From Clostridia bacterium (GTDB lineage: Bacteria > Bacillota > Clostridia > Oscillospirales > SIG627), in contig JAFWBD010000059.1 of the NCBI GenBank assembly GCA_017507325.1, positions 6,294 through 70,293 of the forward strand: a stretch of 64,000 bases of DNA. Reading direction: 5' to 3'. The notes under the pieces were generated by a model that did not search any database, was not told the DNA's origin, and was given only the letters and a program-made list of their open reading frames with translations. This document shows, in pieces, positions 38,471-49,500 of the stretch. Made by a program: the position numbers and the translations under genes. The first letter of the stretch is position 1; each line of letters opens with the position of its first letter.

Positions 38471-39226
38471 TTAACCCGTCACCTCGATCTTCTTTTCCTT
38501 TTTGTATTGAGACAAGATCCAATAGGCGGCCTGGCGCATATCCAAATGGTGACCGCCGTCAAAAATATCCAAATAGACCGTGGAGCGAGGATATTTTGCC
38601 ATCATCTCTTGAAAGAAGGAAATGCTTTGACCCACAGGAACCACAGGATCGAATTTTCCGTGGAAAATTTTCACGTTGGCCTTGGCAATGGTATCCAAAT
38701 ATGTAATGGGAGAGCGCTTGGCCATTTCTTCGCGGCTGTCCTCGCAGCAGGCCGCAATATGCTTCTGATAGCTTCCGCACACGTCATACCACGCATTCAA
38801 ATCCGTAATAGGAACAAAGGCTCCGATGGCCTTGAAATATTCGGGACATTTTCCTGCCATTAAAAGTGCCATATGTCCGCCGCCGCTGGACCCCAATAAA
38901 AAGACGTTTTCCCGATCGACGTTCTCGTTTTCGATCACGTAGTCAATGGCATCCTGAATGTCCTGCTTGGCAAATTCCGAACCGCAAGCCTTGACACAAT
39001 CGGGATTTTTCCTCTTGTTATTACCTCTGAAATTGGGTAAAAGCAAATTAAAATCGTTTTTCTCCGCAAAGGGGAGCATATTTTTCACTTGATTGAAGCG
39101 GTCAAAGCTCCAAGTATGCAGACCCACCAAAAGAGGCCGTTTTTCCTCGGAGGCAGAGCCGTAAAACAGCGACGGCTGGAGGGTTCCGTCCAAAGTGGAT
39201 TCGATCCAAAGTTCCCTTTGTTCCAT
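38471..39226 (-). CDS. Alpha/beta hydrolase (S9/prolyl oligopeptidase-like)
   Basis: LHTWS, GSSGGG nucleophile, HGKFDPVV, GGH. Confidence 0.88.
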   Translation of the reverse strand: MEQRELWIESTLDGTLQPSLFYGSASEEKRPLLVGLHTWSFDRFNQVKNMLPFAEKNDFNLLLPNFRGNNKRKNPDCVKACGSEFAKQDIQDAIDYVIENENVDRENVFLLGSSGGGHMALLMAGKCPEYFKAIGAFVPITDLNAWYDVCGSYQKHIAACCEDSREEMAKRSPITYLDTIAKANVKIFHGKFDPVVPVGQSISFFQEMMAKYPRSTVYLDIFDGGHHLDMRQAAYWILSQYKKEKKIEVTG

Positions 39227-39273
39227 TTTATATTCTCCTTTTATTCTCCTCATAGGGGTTTGAACTTTTATTC

Positions 39274-39302
39274 ATTGTACCACGCAATTTCTGAGATTTC
39301 AA
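39274..39302 (-). promoter_or_regulatory. SigA promoter of the hydrolase operon
   Basis: TTGAAA-17 bp-TACAAT with TG. Confidence 0.7.
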
Positions 39303-39365
39303 CACTTTTCTGCTAAGATTTAAGATGCTTTGTTAAATCATGAAAGCCAAAAAGCAGTTCATCCC

Positions 39366-39394
39366 TTGACACAGCTTGACCAAGCAGGTATAAT
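39366..39394 (+). promoter_or_regulatory. Perfect-consensus SigA promoter of the 791-aa gene
   Basis: TTGACA-17 bp-TATAAT. Confidence 0.85.
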
Positions 39395-39445
39395 TGAAAA
39401 AATTAAAAATGTGCACCATGCGCGACAAAGAAAAGGAGATTCCAA

Positions 39446-41821
39446 ATGACTTTTTCCGAAACTGTTGTATCCAAAGTGCCGGATCCCTCTCTAAAAGAGC
39501 AATTAGCAGCCATCCCCTTGGCCAAAAAAGGAACCGCACCCGATCTGCTCCGCAAAATTTGTCTGGATTATATGAAGCTCCAGATCTCGTTTCAATGGAA
39601 GCCCTCTCAGGATTATAATTATACGGTGGTTTCGCAAAAATATCCGGTCAGCTTGAAAAAAGACACCCTGCACGGCGGAATTCCCTACGTGACCATCGGA
39701 ACGGGAAACCTTTACCGCGTTGCCGAATATTACGATGCAGAAACAGGAACGGTGGACGTTGGCGAGCTTGGAGAAGAAATGGAGATCTTCGGCAACGCTT
39801 GCTCGGGAGCTGCCTCCTCTGCTTGGGCCAGATGCATTACCTCCGCAAAATTGGGCTTTACCTTCGATATGACCCAATACAACGGTTATATCAACGTTGG
39901 TCCCTATACGTATCCGAAGGACTTGAAGCAGTTTATCACCAAGGATTTCCACCACGGTCACAAGAGATATTCTCCCGACGAGATCTGTTTGGAAAACGGT
40001 GCGGAAATCATGTTCGAATCCTACGCCAAGGCTCTCCCCGCAGACGGTCTTGTTAATCACGGACACGTTCGTATGGTCTCCTCGGCCCCCACGGTATTCC
40101 GCAACGCCGACGGCACCATTAACGGAAAAAACAGCTTTCTCTTATACTGCGATCAGGTTTGCTACGAAAACGCGCCTCATCACCTTAAGGCCGCAGACGG
40201 AGAAGATGCTCCTCTTTATAAGGTACACGGCGGACTTGACGTCAAAATCAGCTTTGCAGAGCTGTTTGAAACGGGCTATATTCCCGTTACCTTCAAGGAA
40301 TTTTTGGGTGAGGCCGACGTAAAAAAGCCTTACTTCAATATGAATCATTACAAAACCACCTTTTCTGTCGAAGAGCTTAAGGAGCTTGAGCTGATCTGTA
40401 ATTACCCGATGTCGGACTTTTTCATTACGGTAAGCGATCCCAACGGAAAGGTGCTCTATCGCCGTACCACAAGGCTCAAAGCCTCCTCTCCCGAGGAATG
40501 GGATCTGTATCGAGTGGCACTGCCCCGCATTCTTCCCTTGGACGAATTAAAGCCCTTCGAGGAGGCCTGCAACAATCACCTAAACATTGATGCGCAGACC
40601 CTCAAGGGATCCGTTGTCAAGGCGATGGACGGTATTCTCATGCCCGGAACCGTTGCTAAGAAGGTATTTGAGCCTCTGACACCCGAAAGGCTTGCCGCCA
40701 TCCCTTTGGCAACCCCCGATATGACCCCCGATGAACTGCGCAAAATCGTTTTGGATTTTATGCACCTTCAGCTCTCCTTCCAATATATGCCGAGCGAGGA
40801 TTACCATTATCCCGCCATCTCCATCCACCACTGCCTTTTGAAAGGCGGATGTGTCACCGCAGGCCTTCCCTATATCACAATCGGAAGCGGAAGTCTTTAC
40901 CGCATTATGGATTATATGGATCCCAAAACCGGCATTTTGGACGTAAGCGAATTCAAAAAGCTGCATCAGTGCTATTTGGGGAACGCTTGCTCCGGCGGTG
41001 CGGGTATTTCTTGGTCGCGCTGTATTTCCTCCGCAAATCTTACCTGGTGTGGCAGTATGACCAAGAAAAACGGCTATCTGCCCATAGCTCCCTGCGATTA
41101 CAATTTTGACGGTGCTAATTTTATTAAAGATCCAAAATCTCCCCGACACTTCATTCCCCGCACGGTTTGTGCTCAAAACGGCGAGCAAACCATGTTTGAA
41201 TCCTATGCCAATGCCAAGCTTGCGGACGGACTTGTCAGCGGTTCGGGCGGACATATTCGACTGGTATCGGGTGTGGCAACGGTGGTACGGCGTGATGACG
41301 GAAGCATTGACGGAGATAAAAGCTTTTTACTTTACAGCGATCAAGCCCACTACACGGGCTCTTGGGAGCGCCACCACGCGCAAAAGACACCCGATGGCAA
41401 CCATTACACCGTTCAGGGCGGCGTTCGGGTGAAGGAAAGCTTTGCAACGCTGTTTTCCAAGGGCTACATTCCCGTAACCTTCAAGGAATTTTTGGGAGAA
41501 GCAAAGGTTTCTCTCCCCAAGATCGAAACCAATATTGCGTTGGAGAAGATCTCTCTTCCCCTCCTTTCGCAAGTTCGTTTTGTTTCCAACTACGGCGTTT
41601 CCGATATCTTTACCACCGTTATCGATGAAAACGGAACTGAGCTTTATCGTGGAATTTACCGTTCTCAACTCTTCACCGAAAAAAGATTCAAGGGCAAGGA
41701 TTTTCTGGAATCGGAAAAGATTGCTCCCTTCGCCAAGAGCGGAAAGAATCGAATCAGAATTCAATTCCGTCTCTATTACGGCACCACGGAAACCGCCTAC
41801 GATGCTCTTTTGACGGAATAA
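39446..41821 (+). CDS. Hypothetical protein with two tandem NlpC/P60-like (papain-fold) domains
   Basis: AAGGAG RBS; internal duplication of ~395 aa; each copy has G(I/L)PY, GNACSG, ADGLV, GH(V/I)R, Y(C/S)DQ, GYIPVTFKEFLGEA. Confidence 0.75.
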   Translation: MTFSETVVSKVPDPSLKEQLAAIPLAKKGTAPDLLRKICLDYMKLQISFQWKPSQDYNYTVVSQKYPVSLKKDTLHGGIPYVTIGTGNLYRVAEYYDAETGTVDVGELGEEMEIFGNACSGAASSAWARCITSAKLGFTFDMTQYNGYINVGPYTYPKDLKQFITKDFHHGHKRYSPDEICLENGAEIMFESYAKALPADGLVNHGHVRMVSSAPTVFRNADGTINGKNSFLLYCDQVCYENAPHHLKAADGEDAPLYKVHGGLDVKISFAELFETGYIPVTFKEFLGEADVKKPYFNMNHYKTTFSVEELKELELICNYPMSDFFITVSDPNGKVLYRRTTRLKASSPEEWDLYRVALPRILPLDELKPFEEACNNHLNIDAQTLKGSVVKAMDGILMPGTVAKKVFEPLTPERLAAIPLATPDMTPDELRKIVLDFMHLQLSFQYMPSEDYHYPAISIHHCLLKGGCVTAGLPYITIGSGSLYRIMDYMDPKTGILDVSEFKKLHQCYLGNACSGGAGISWSRCISSANLTWCGSMTKKNGYLPIAPCDYNFDGANFIKDPKSPRHFIPRTVCAQNGEQTMFESYANAKLADGLVSGSGGHIRLVSGVATVVRRDDGSIDGDKSFLLYSDQAHYTGSWERHHAQKTPDGNHYTVQGGVRVKESFATLFSKGYIPVTFKEFLGEAKVSLPKIETNIALEKISLPLLSQVRFVSNYGVSDIFTTVIDENGTELYRGIYRSQLFTEKRFKGKDFLESEKIAPFAKSGKNRIRIQFRLYYGTTETAYDALLTE

Positions 41822-41834
41822 GCGCATAAAAATC

Positions 41835-41870
41835 ACGTCTCCCGCTGAAAATCAGACGGGAGACGTTTTC
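41835..41870. terminator. Bidirectional terminator
   Basis: ACGTCTCCCG-CTGA-AAA-TCAG-A-CGGGAGACGT. Confidence 0.8.
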
Positions 41871-41886
41871 TTTTGAATCTCGTATT

Positions 41887-42768
41887 CTACTTTTTTTGTT
41901 TGGGCGAATCCTTCAATTGAATGAAAATTCCGAGAATGATAATCAGAAATCCAATGATATTGGACAGTCTGAAGGGCTCGCGAAGGACGATGGAGGTCCA
42001 CACAAGGGACATAACGGGTGTGATATATGCAAGATTTGATATTTTTTCGGGCTTTCCCGCATTCAGTGCGGCGGTCCAGGTAATGTTCGCCAGCGCCATG
42101 GTAAAAATACCATTCCAAGCCATTCCGATCGAAGGCAGTAGCTTGGGGAGAAACAGCTCGCCGCGAGCAAAATTCCAAATCGAGGTCAATGAAAAGGTAG
42201 CAAAATAGCTGAGCATCAAAAGCAAAGCGCGATCGTAGCTGTATTTTTGTGATAGGGCGGTATACAAGCCGTAGGAGACCGCTCCCAAAAAGCAACAAAA
42301 AGATCCCAGAAGAACACCTTGATTGGACGAAGTAAGATCCCCGCAGACCACCACCGCAACGCCCGCGAAAGAAAGAATCAGGGCAAATATCTTCTTTGGG
42401 GTCATCCTTCTTTTCAAAACCAGGCAGGTAAAGACAATGCTCATAATCGGCCAAAGATAATTGACGATAAAGGCCTGGGAAGCAAGCATACGGTCGGTAC
42501 CGGCATAATAAAACACGTAATACCAAAAGGTACCAAGACAGCCGATCGAGGCCATTTTGGCAAAATCCTTGAATCGGTATTCCTTCAACTTGCGTATTCT
42601 TCCCGTTACCAAATGATACAGCAAGAGAAATAGGAACGCAAAAAAGGAGCTGATCCAAAGAATCTGCATACTTGTGAATTGATTCAGCAAAAGCTTCGAA
42701 ATCACGGAAACCGTAGACCAGCAAAGAATGGAAACCGAAGCAAGAAAATATTCTTTCTTCAATTTCAT
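41887..42768 (-). CDS. EamA/DMT family transporter
   Basis: ~10 TMs, SILCWST, VNYLWP, NLAYITP. Confidence 0.9.
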   Translation of the reverse strand: MKLKKEYFLASVSILCWSTVSVISKLLLNQFTSMQILWISSFFAFLFLLLYHLVTGRIRKLKEYRFKDFAKMASIGCLGTFWYYVFYYAGTDRMLASQAFIVNYLWPIMSIVFTCLVLKRRMTPKKIFALILSFAGVAVVVCGDLTSSNQGVLLGSFCCFLGAVSYGLYTALSQKYSYDRALLLMLSYFATFSLTSIWNFARGELFLPKLLPSIGMAWNGIFTMALANITWTAALNAGKPEKISNLAYITPVMSLVWTSIVLREPFRLSNIIGFLIIILGIFIQLKDSPKQKK

Positions 42769-43226
42769 ACCGATTCTCCTCTTTCAGAAGAGGAAATTTT
42801 CCGTTCCATCCGAACGTGAGGAATCCCCTCCTCCATAAATTCCTCCGAAACTGCCGTAAAGCCGCATTTTTCATAAAAGCCGCGTGCTTGGGCCTGCGCA
42901 TCCACCACAACGACCTCGGGATCGAATTGCTCCGAAATGGCTGCAAGGCTCCTTTCCATAAGGCTTTTTCCCACGCCTTTGCCGCGGCTCAGGGTCAGAA
43001 CCCTTCCGATCTTCACCTTCCCCGTTTCCGAAAGAGGAAAGGCTCTCAAATAGGCTGTGACTCTCCCCTCCTCTACGGAGAAAATATGCAGGCTTTCATA
43101 GTCCGTATCATCCATATCCAAGCATCGGATGTTCTGCTCCAGGGCAAAGACTAAGGCTCTGGCCTTCAAGATTTCATAAACCTCCCGAGGGGTCAATTCA
43201 TCGAACTTCTTTACAACAAGCATCAT
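42765..43226 (-). CDS. GNAT acetyltransferase (ElaA-like)
   Basis: KKFDELT, KIGRVL, RGKGVG, AQAQARGFYEKCGF, EEGIPH. Confidence 0.92.
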   Translation of the reverse strand: MMLVVKKFDELTPREVYEILKARALVFALEQNIRCLDMDDTDYESLHIFSVEEGRVTAYLRAFPLSETGKVKIGRVLTLSRGKGVGKSLMERSLAAISEQFDPEVVVVDAQAQARGFYEKCGFTAVSEEFMEEGIPHVRMERKISSSERGESV

Positions 43227-43313
43227 ATCATTCCTTTGTTTTTTTCACTCTGATCGCTGAGTATCATACCACAGCGAAAAACAAATTTCAACTGCTCCGC
43301 ACATTTTTAATGC

Positions 43314-43347
43314 AAAAAATCTCCCGATTATTTACGGGAGATTTTTT
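43314..43347. terminator. Terminator after sortase B
   Basis: AAAAAATCTCCCG/CGGGAGATTTTTT. Confidence 0.85.
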
Positions 43348-43355
43348 GGATATCT

Positions 43356-44171
43356 TTAAATTTCCACCAGCTTTAAAAAGACAACAAAGCGCTTGGGGCT
43401 TGTATTTCCCGTGGAGCAGGTGGTCAAAACCAGAACCGTATCGTCCTTGGTGACCGAGATTCCCGAGGAAAAGACCGATCTTGCATACACGTACCGAAGG
43501 TATTCCTCGATTTCTTCATCGCTGTCGGGCATGGAAAAGACAAGGGTATCGGTGGTGGTATGAATGGCGGCAAAAACCTCACCTCGATAGGTTTTTTCGG
43601 GAGTAAAATAGAACATATAAGGGTTTTCCTTGAAATATTCCTCATAGCGATAATTCATCAAGGGCCCGAACATCGTCCCGTTTTTCATATTGTGGCCGTA
43701 CAGAATATGACCCCATTGAGAAAGATCCGCAGGATCGCGGTAATCCATAAAAAGACTTCCCGCGCGGTTTTCCTTTCCATCGGGCAAGCGGTGAACAAAA
43801 TAAGCGTTATCCTCAGCCTGCATAACCGGCTCGTGAATGATGCTGTCCTGCATATAAAGCCAACCGATCATTTTGCCGTACTGCTTCTTTAAAAGATCAA
43901 AATCAACCGTAATATCGGGCGTCAGCAGAATGTTTTTTTCAACGGTTTTGCCTTCATCATCCGCCTTAATGGGGACCCGAATCTCCTCTGGAGAGGAGCT
44001 TGCCGAGGTAACGCCCTTTTTGATCAAATCGGATTTGACGGATTTTTGAACCGATTCCTCATAAACGTATTCCACCACTTGATATCCGGAAAACAGAAAT
44101 ACAGAGCCAAAGACCAAGAGAGCCAGCACAAAGACGATTTTTTTTAGCAATGAGCCGCTTTTCCTTTTCAA
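43356..44171 (-). CDS. srtB: Class B sortase
   Basis: N-terminal TM, VDFDLL, PVMQAEDN, GSLFMD, LYGHNMKNGTMFG, LTTC...KRFVV. Confidence 0.9.
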   Translation of the reverse strand: MKRKSGSLLKKIVFVLALLVFGSVFLFSGYQVVEYVYEESVQKSVKSDLIKKGVTSASSSPEEIRVPIKADDEGKTVEKNILLTPDITVDFDLLKKQYGKMIGWLYMQDSIIHEPVMQAEDNAYFVHRLPDGKENRAGSLFMDYRDPADLSQWGHILYGHNMKNGTMFGPLMNYRYEEYFKENPYMFYFTPEKTYRGEVFAAIHTTTDTLVFSMPDSDEEIEEYLRYVYARSVFSSGISVTKDDTVLVLTTCSTGNTSPKRFVVFLKLVEI

Positions 44172-44207
44172 CGGATCCCCCCCTTTCTCTTTTTCCGAAA
44201 AAAAGCT

Positions 44208-45125
44208 TTACTGAATCTGATCGATATCATACGGTGTGGATTGATACACAAAATAATTCAGCCAATTGATAAAAAGCAGACTTCCGTGAGAACGCCAACG
44301 AACCATCGGCGGCTTTGTGGGGTCATCCTCCGGATAGTAATTCTCCGGCAGAGCCGTATCAAGCCCTTGCAAGCGATCGCGGCGGTATTCCGCATCCAAG
44401 GTCAAGGGGTCGTATTCGGAATGTCCCATCAAAAAGAACTGTCTGCCGCCGTTTTTAGCAACAATATGAACACCTGCTTTTTCCGAGGAAGCCAGAATCT
44501 TCAATTCCGGCACGGCCTCGATCTGCCTCCGATCCACGGTGGTATAACGGGAATGGGGCACGTAAAACTCGCTGTCAAAGCCACGCAGCAGCATGGAATG
44601 GGGATGATCCGCACGATGGGAATACACACCGAAAAGCTTTTGCGGAAGCTCCTTTTTGTCGATATGGTAATGATAATACAGACCCGCCTGAGCGCCCCAG
44701 CAAATATGCATCACGCTGTGAACGTGGCTCTTGCTCCACTCCATAATCTCACAGAGCTCCTCCCAATAATCCACCTCTTCAAAGGGCTTCAATTCCACGG
44801 GAGCGCCCGTTATGATCATACCGTCATACTTTTCCGCCTTGATCTGATCGAAGGTTTTATAAAAAGCAAGCAGATGCTCCTGCGCGGTGTTTTGGGAGAC
44901 GTGGGTTGCCATTCGGATCAGAGTCAGATCGATCTGGAGGGGTGTATTTCCCAAGAGGCGGGAAAACTGGGTTTCCGTTTCAATCTTTTTGGGCATCAAA
45001 TTTAAAAGCAAAATGCGGAGGGGGCGAATATCCTGCGTAATGGCGCGCTTTTCCGTCATCACAAAAATATTCTCGTCAGCCAGAGTCTGCACGGCGGGCA
45101 ACCCGTCCGGAATTTTAATGGGCAT
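44208..45125 (-). CDS. metA: Homoserine O-acyltransferase
   Basis: [38 protein letters not shown]. Confidence 0.96.
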   Translation of the reverse strand: MPIKIPDGLPAVQTLADENIFVMTEKRAITQDIRPLRILLLNLMPKKIETETQFSRLLGNTPLQIDLTLIRMATHVSQNTAQEHLLAFYKTFDQIKAEKYDGMIITGAPVELKPFEEVDYWEELCEIMEWSKSHVHSVMHICWGAQAGLYYHYHIDKKELPQKLFGVYSHRADHPHSMLLRGFDSEFYVPHSRYTTVDRRQIEAVPELKILASSEKAGVHIVAKNGGRQFFLMGHSEYDPLTLDAEYRRDRLQGLDTALPENYYPEDDPTKPPMVRWRSHGSLLFINWLNYFVYQSTPYDIDQIQ

Positions 45126-45138
45126 GGATCTACCTCCG

Positions 45139-46422
45139 TCAGACCTGCGCCAAGGCCTGCTCCAGATCGGCGATCAGATCCTCGGCATCCTCAAGTCCTA
45201 CGGAAAGACGGACCAGATCGGGCGAGACACCGCAGGCAACAAGCTCGGCATCGCTGAGCTGACGGTGCGTGGTGGTAGCAGGATGCAAACAGCAGGATCT
45301 GGCATCAGCCACGTGGGTTTCAATGGCGACCAGCTGCAATTTTTCCATAAAGGCACCTGCCGCAGCTCTGCCGCCCTTTACACCGAAGCTGATCACACCG
45401 CAGCTTCCGTTTGGCAAATACTTCTGAGCCAAGGCATAGTCCTTACAGGAGGGCAAGGAGGGACAGCATACCCAGGAGATCTTCTCGTGCTTCTCCAAAT
45501 ACTCGGCAATCTTCACGGCGCTTTCACTGTGGCGCTTCATTCTGACGTGAAGACTTTCGAGGCCGAGGTTTAACAGATACGCACTCATCGGTGCGGGCGT
45601 TACGCCGAGATCACGCATCAACTGTGCGGTTGCCTTGGTAATAAAGGCACCGGCCAGGCCAAAGCGCTCCGTATAGGTGATGCCGTGATAGCTTTCATCG
45701 GGAGTGCAAAGACCCGCAAAGCGCTCGGGATAGCGCGTCCAATCAAATTTTCCCGAATCCACAATGGCACCGCCCACGGCACTGCCGTGGCCGTCCATAT
45801 ATTTGGTGGTGGAATGAGTCACGATATCGGCTCCCCACTCGATGGGACGACAGTTTACGGGTGTGGGGAATGTATTATCCACAATCAAGGGAAGTCCGTT
45901 TTTATGAGAAAATCCGGCAAAGCGCTCAATATCCAGCACCTTCAGTGCAGGATTGGCAATGGTTTCGCCAAAGACCGCCTTGGTTTCGGGACGAACAGCC
46001 GCCTGCAGCTCTTCCTCCGTAGCATCGGGAGAGACAAAGGTCACATCGATTCCCATACGCTTCATGGTAACGGAAAAGAGATTGAAGGTTCCGCCGTAAA
46101 TGGAGGCGCAGGAAATGAAGTGGTCTCCTGCTCCGCAGAGGTTAAAGATTGCCAAGAAATTGGCGGCCTGACCCGAAGAGGTCAGCATAGCGGCGGTGCC
46201 GCCCTCCAATTCGCAGATCTTGGCGGCAACGGTATCGGCAGTGGGATTTTGAAGGCGGGAATAGAAATAGCCGCTGGCCTCCAAATCAAAAAGCTTTCCC
46301 ATCGCCTCGCCGGTATCATATTTAAAGGTGGTGCTTTGGATGATCGGGATCTGTCTGGGTTCGCCGTTTCCCGGGCGATATCCTCCTTGAACGCAGGAGG
46401 TTCCAATATTTCTTTTAGCCAT
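45139..46422 (-). CDS. metY: O-acetylhomoserine sulfhydrylase
   Basis: [42 protein letters not shown]. Confidence 0.93.
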   Translation of the reverse strand: MAKRNIGTSCVQGGYRPGNGEPRQIPIIQSTTFKYDTGEAMGKLFDLEASGYFYSRLQNPTADTVAAKICELEGGTAAMLTSSGQAANFLAIFNLCGAGDHFISCASIYGGTFNLFSVTMKRMGIDVTFVSPDATEEELQAAVRPETKAVFGETIANPALKVLDIERFAGFSHKNGLPLIVDNTFPTPVNCRPIEWGADIVTHSTTKYMDGHGSAVGGAIVDSGKFDWTRYPERFAGLCTPDESYHGITYTERFGLAGAFITKATAQLMRDLGVTPAPMSAYLLNLGLESLHVRMKRHSESAVKIAEYLEKHEKISWVCCPSLPSCKDYALAQKYLPNGSCGVISFGVKGGRAAAGAFMEKLQLVAIETHVADARSCCLHPATTTHRQLSDAELVACGVSPDLVRLSVGLEDAEDLIADLEQALAQV

Positions 46423-46448
46423 TCTGTTTTCTCCTTATAATTTCATCG

Positions 46449-47444
46449 TTATGCGAGGGTTGCCATCATCACGGCCTTGATGGTATGCATACGGTTTTCC
46501 GCTTCATCAAACACAATGGAGGCGGGACTTTCGAAGACCTCATCGGTCACTTCCATACAGTCGATTCCGAATTTATCGAAAATTTGCTTTCCTACGGTGG
46601 TTTTCAGATCGTGGAAGGCGGGCAGACAATGCATAAAGCGGCACTGCTCACCGGCACATTTCATAATCTCGGAGGTGACGCGGTAGGGGGTCAATTCACG
46701 GATCCTTTCCTCCCACACGCCGTCGGGCTCACCCATGGAAACCCACACGTCGGTATAGATCACGTGGGCCCCGCGGACAGCTTCCTTCGGGTCCTCGATG
46801 AATTCCAGAACAGCACCCGTTTTGGCGGCGATGCGCTGTGCGGTTTCTCTCAGATCTGAATTGGGAAAATACTTTTTCGGAGCACAGGCTACAAAATGCA
46901 TTCCCATTTTGGCGCATCCGATCATAAGAGAATTGCCCATATTATAACGGGCATCACCCATATATACCAGTTTCTTTCCGTTCAGAGAGCCGAAATTCTC
47001 CCGAATGGTGAGAAAATCCGCCAGGATCTGGGTGGGATGGAATTCATTGGTCAAGCCGTTCCAAACGGGAACACCGGCAAAATGAGCCAATTCCTCCACG
47101 ATTTCCTGCCCAAAGCCGCGGTATTCGATTCCGTCAAACATTCTGCCGAGGACCCGAGCCGTATCGGCAATGCTTTCCTTTTTGCCCAGCTGAGATCCCG
47201 TAGGATCCAGATAAACGGGGTGCATTCCCAGATCAAAGCCCGCCACCTCAAAGGCACAACGGGTGCGGGTGCTGGATTTTTCAAACACAAGGGCAATGTT
47301 TTTTCCCTCGCAAGCCTTGTGAGGGACACCGTTTTTCTTTTTTTCCTTCAATTCGGCCGCAAGATCCAAAAGACCTTCGATCTCTTCGGGGGAGAAATCC
47401 AAGAGCTTTAAAAAGCTCTTACCCTTTAAATTCAATTCTTTCAT
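46449..47444 (-). CDS. argF: Ornithine carbamoyltransferase
   Basis: [32 protein letters not shown]. Confidence 0.97.
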   Translation of the reverse strand: MKELNLKGKSFLKLLDFSPEEIEGLLDLAAELKEKKKNGVPHKACEGKNIALVFEKSSTRTRCAFEVAGFDLGMHPVYLDPTGSQLGKKESIADTARVLGRMFDGIEYRGFGQEIVEELAHFAGVPVWNGLTNEFHPTQILADFLTIRENFGSLNGKKLVYMGDARYNMGNSLMIGCAKMGMHFVACAPKKYFPNSDLRETAQRIAAKTGAVLEFIEDPKEAVRGAHVIYTDVWVSMGEPDGVWEERIRELTPYRVTSEIMKCAGEQCRFMHCLPAFHDLKTTVGKQIFDKFGIDCMEVTDEVFESPASIVFDEAENRMHTIKAVMMATLA

Positions 47445-47458
47445 GATGATTACTCCTT

Positions 47459-48625
47459 TTATTCGGCGCAAACCGAGACGATAACGGACAAGGCCTCTTT
47501 CAATACCTCGGTAGGGATATTCAATGCGGGCAACAAACGAACCTTGGTTTTGGCTGTCAAGCAAAGAACGCCACGCTCCATACAAGCGGCCACCACGTCC
47601 TTGGCGTTCTTTTCCGTTTCAATTCCGACCATCAATCCGAGACCCGAAACGGAACGGATCCCCTTGGCATTCTGCAGGGTACGGAAGATCAAATCACTTT
47701 TCTCATTGACCTCGGCAAGGAAGGCATCATCCATCCGTTCCAGAATACTCACAGCCCCGGCACAGCAAACGGGATTGCCGCCGAAGGTAGAGCCGTGGTC
47801 GCCGAAGCCCAGAACGTTTTCCACCTTTTCACCTAGCAGCGCGGCTCCCAAGGGGAGACCTCCGCCAATGCCCTTGGCGGTACTGACAAGATCGGGCTGA
47901 ATCCCGAAGCGCTGATAGGAATAAAACGCGCCGCACCGGCCGTTTCCCGTCTGCACCTCATCCACAATAAGAAGGATATCGTTTTCACGGGCAAATTCTG
48001 CGGTTTTGCGGACAAAATCCTCGTCCAGCTTGATCACACCGCCCTCTCCCTGAACGCATTCCAGCATCACGGCACACACGCGGTTTTCCTCGCACAGCTT
48101 TTTCAGGGCGGGAAAATCCCCTGCGGGGGTATGCAAAAATCCTTCGGTCAGAGGAAGAAACTTTTGATGGAAAACGTCCTGACCCGTGGCCGCAAGGGTG
48201 GTAACGGTTCTGCCGTGAAAGCTTCCGTTCAAGGTTACAATCTGATGGTACCCTGCGCCCTTTTTCTCCACGCCGTACTGTCTGGCAACCTTGATGACGC
48301 ATTCGTTGGCCTCAGCGCCCGAATTGGAGAAGAAGACCTTTTTCATCCCGCTTTTTTCGCAAAGCAATTTGGCAAGACGGGTGCAGGGCTCCGTGTAATA
48401 GAGGTTTGACATATGCTGAACACGGTTCAGCTGATCGGTTACGGCCTTTACCCAAGTGTCATCGGAGATGCCGAAGGAGGTAACGCCGATTCCCGAACCG
48501 AGATCGATGTAACGCTTTCCGTTTTCATCAAAAACCTCAGATCCCTTTCCCCTCACGATGGTTAAGGGGAAACGGGCATAGGTTCCCGCAACGTATTTTT
48601 TATCATTTTGTACAATTTGGTTCAT
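47459..48625 (-). CDS. argD: Acetylornithine aminotransferase
   Basis: [40 protein letters not shown]. Confidence 0.95.
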   Translation of the reverse strand: MNQIVQNDKKYVAGTYARFPLTIVRGKGSEVFDENGKRYIDLGSGIGVTSFGISDDTWVKAVTDQLNRVQHMSNLYYTEPCTRLAKLLCEKSGMKKVFFSNSGAEANECVIKVARQYGVEKKGAGYHQIVTLNGSFHGRTVTTLAATGQDVFHQKFLPLTEGFLHTPAGDFPALKKLCEENRVCAVMLECVQGEGGVIKLDEDFVRKTAEFARENDILLIVDEVQTGNGRCGAFYSYQRFGIQPDLVSTAKGIGGGLPLGAALLGEKVENVLGFGDHGSTFGGNPVCCAGAVSILERMDDAFLAEVNEKSDLIFRTLQNAKGIRSVSGLGLMVGIETEKNAKDVVAACMERGVLCLTAKTKVRLLPALNIPTEVLKEALSVIVSVCAE

Positions 48626-48626
48626 T

Positions 48627-49490
48627 TTACTCTCCTGTAACCATGGTTCCTGCGCCTTCATCGGTCAAAAGCTCCATCAAAATGGAATGAGGCACTCTTC
48701 CATCCATAATAACGACGTTTTTCACACCCTCGCGGATGGCCTCGATACAGCACTCCACCTTGGGGATCATTCCGCCGGAGACAATTCCCTGCTCCTTCAA
48801 GGTCTGCGCTTCCTTGATGCTGACGTAGTGGATCAGGGAGGAAGGATCCTCTCTGTCCTTTAAGATGCCCGCAATATCGGTCATCATAATCAAACGCTCC
48901 GCACCCAAGGCGCCCGCAATATGAGCGGCGGCCGTATCGCCGTTGATGTTATAGGAATTCCCCTCTCTGTCACAGCCGATGGTGGAGATCACGGGGATAT
49001 AGTTCTTTTCCAAAAGGTCGGTGATGGGGCGGGTATTCACCTTGGTGATCTTTCCGACGTAGCCCAAGCGCTCATCCTTAATCTTGGCCTCGATGAGTCT
49101 TCCGTCCATACCGGAGATTCCCATGGCTCTGCCGCCCTTGGATTCGATCAGATTGACCAGCGTTTTATTCACCTTGCCCGCCAAAACCATTTGCACAATA
49201 TCAACGGTTTCCTTATCGGTTACACGAAGACCATCCTCAAAAACGGCCTTCTTTCCCAATTTTTCCATCATTTCGCTGATCTCGGGTCCGCCACCGTGAA
49301 CCAGAACGATCTTCACACCGATCAGCCAAAGAAGAGCGACGTCCTCCATCACCTGCATTTTCAGGTTTTCATCGATCATAGCGTTGCCGCCGTATTTTAC
49401 CACAACGATCTTCCCGTTATAGCGCTTGATGTGGGGCAGCGCCTCCACCAAAACCTCGGCACGCTGTGCATTTGAAATAAACTGTTCCAT
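48627..49490 (-). CDS. argB: Acetylglutamate kinase
   Basis: VKYGGNAM, VHGGGP, GLRVTD, GGMIPK. Confidence 0.97.
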   Translation of the reverse strand: MEQFISNAQRAEVLVEALPHIKRYNGKIVVVKYGGNAMIDENLKMQVMEDVALLWLIGVKIVLVHGGGPEISEMMEKLGKKAVFEDGLRVTDKETVDIVQMVLAGKVNKTLVNLIESKGGRAMGISGMDGRLIEAKIKDERLGYVGKITKVNTRPITDLLEKNYIPVISTIGCDREGNSYNINGDTAAAHIAGALGAERLIMMTDIAGILKDREDPSSLIHYVSIKEAQTLKEQGIVSGGMIPKVECCIEAIREGVKNVVIMDGRVPHSILMELLTDEGAGTMVTGE

Positions 49491-49500
49491 TCAATACTCC

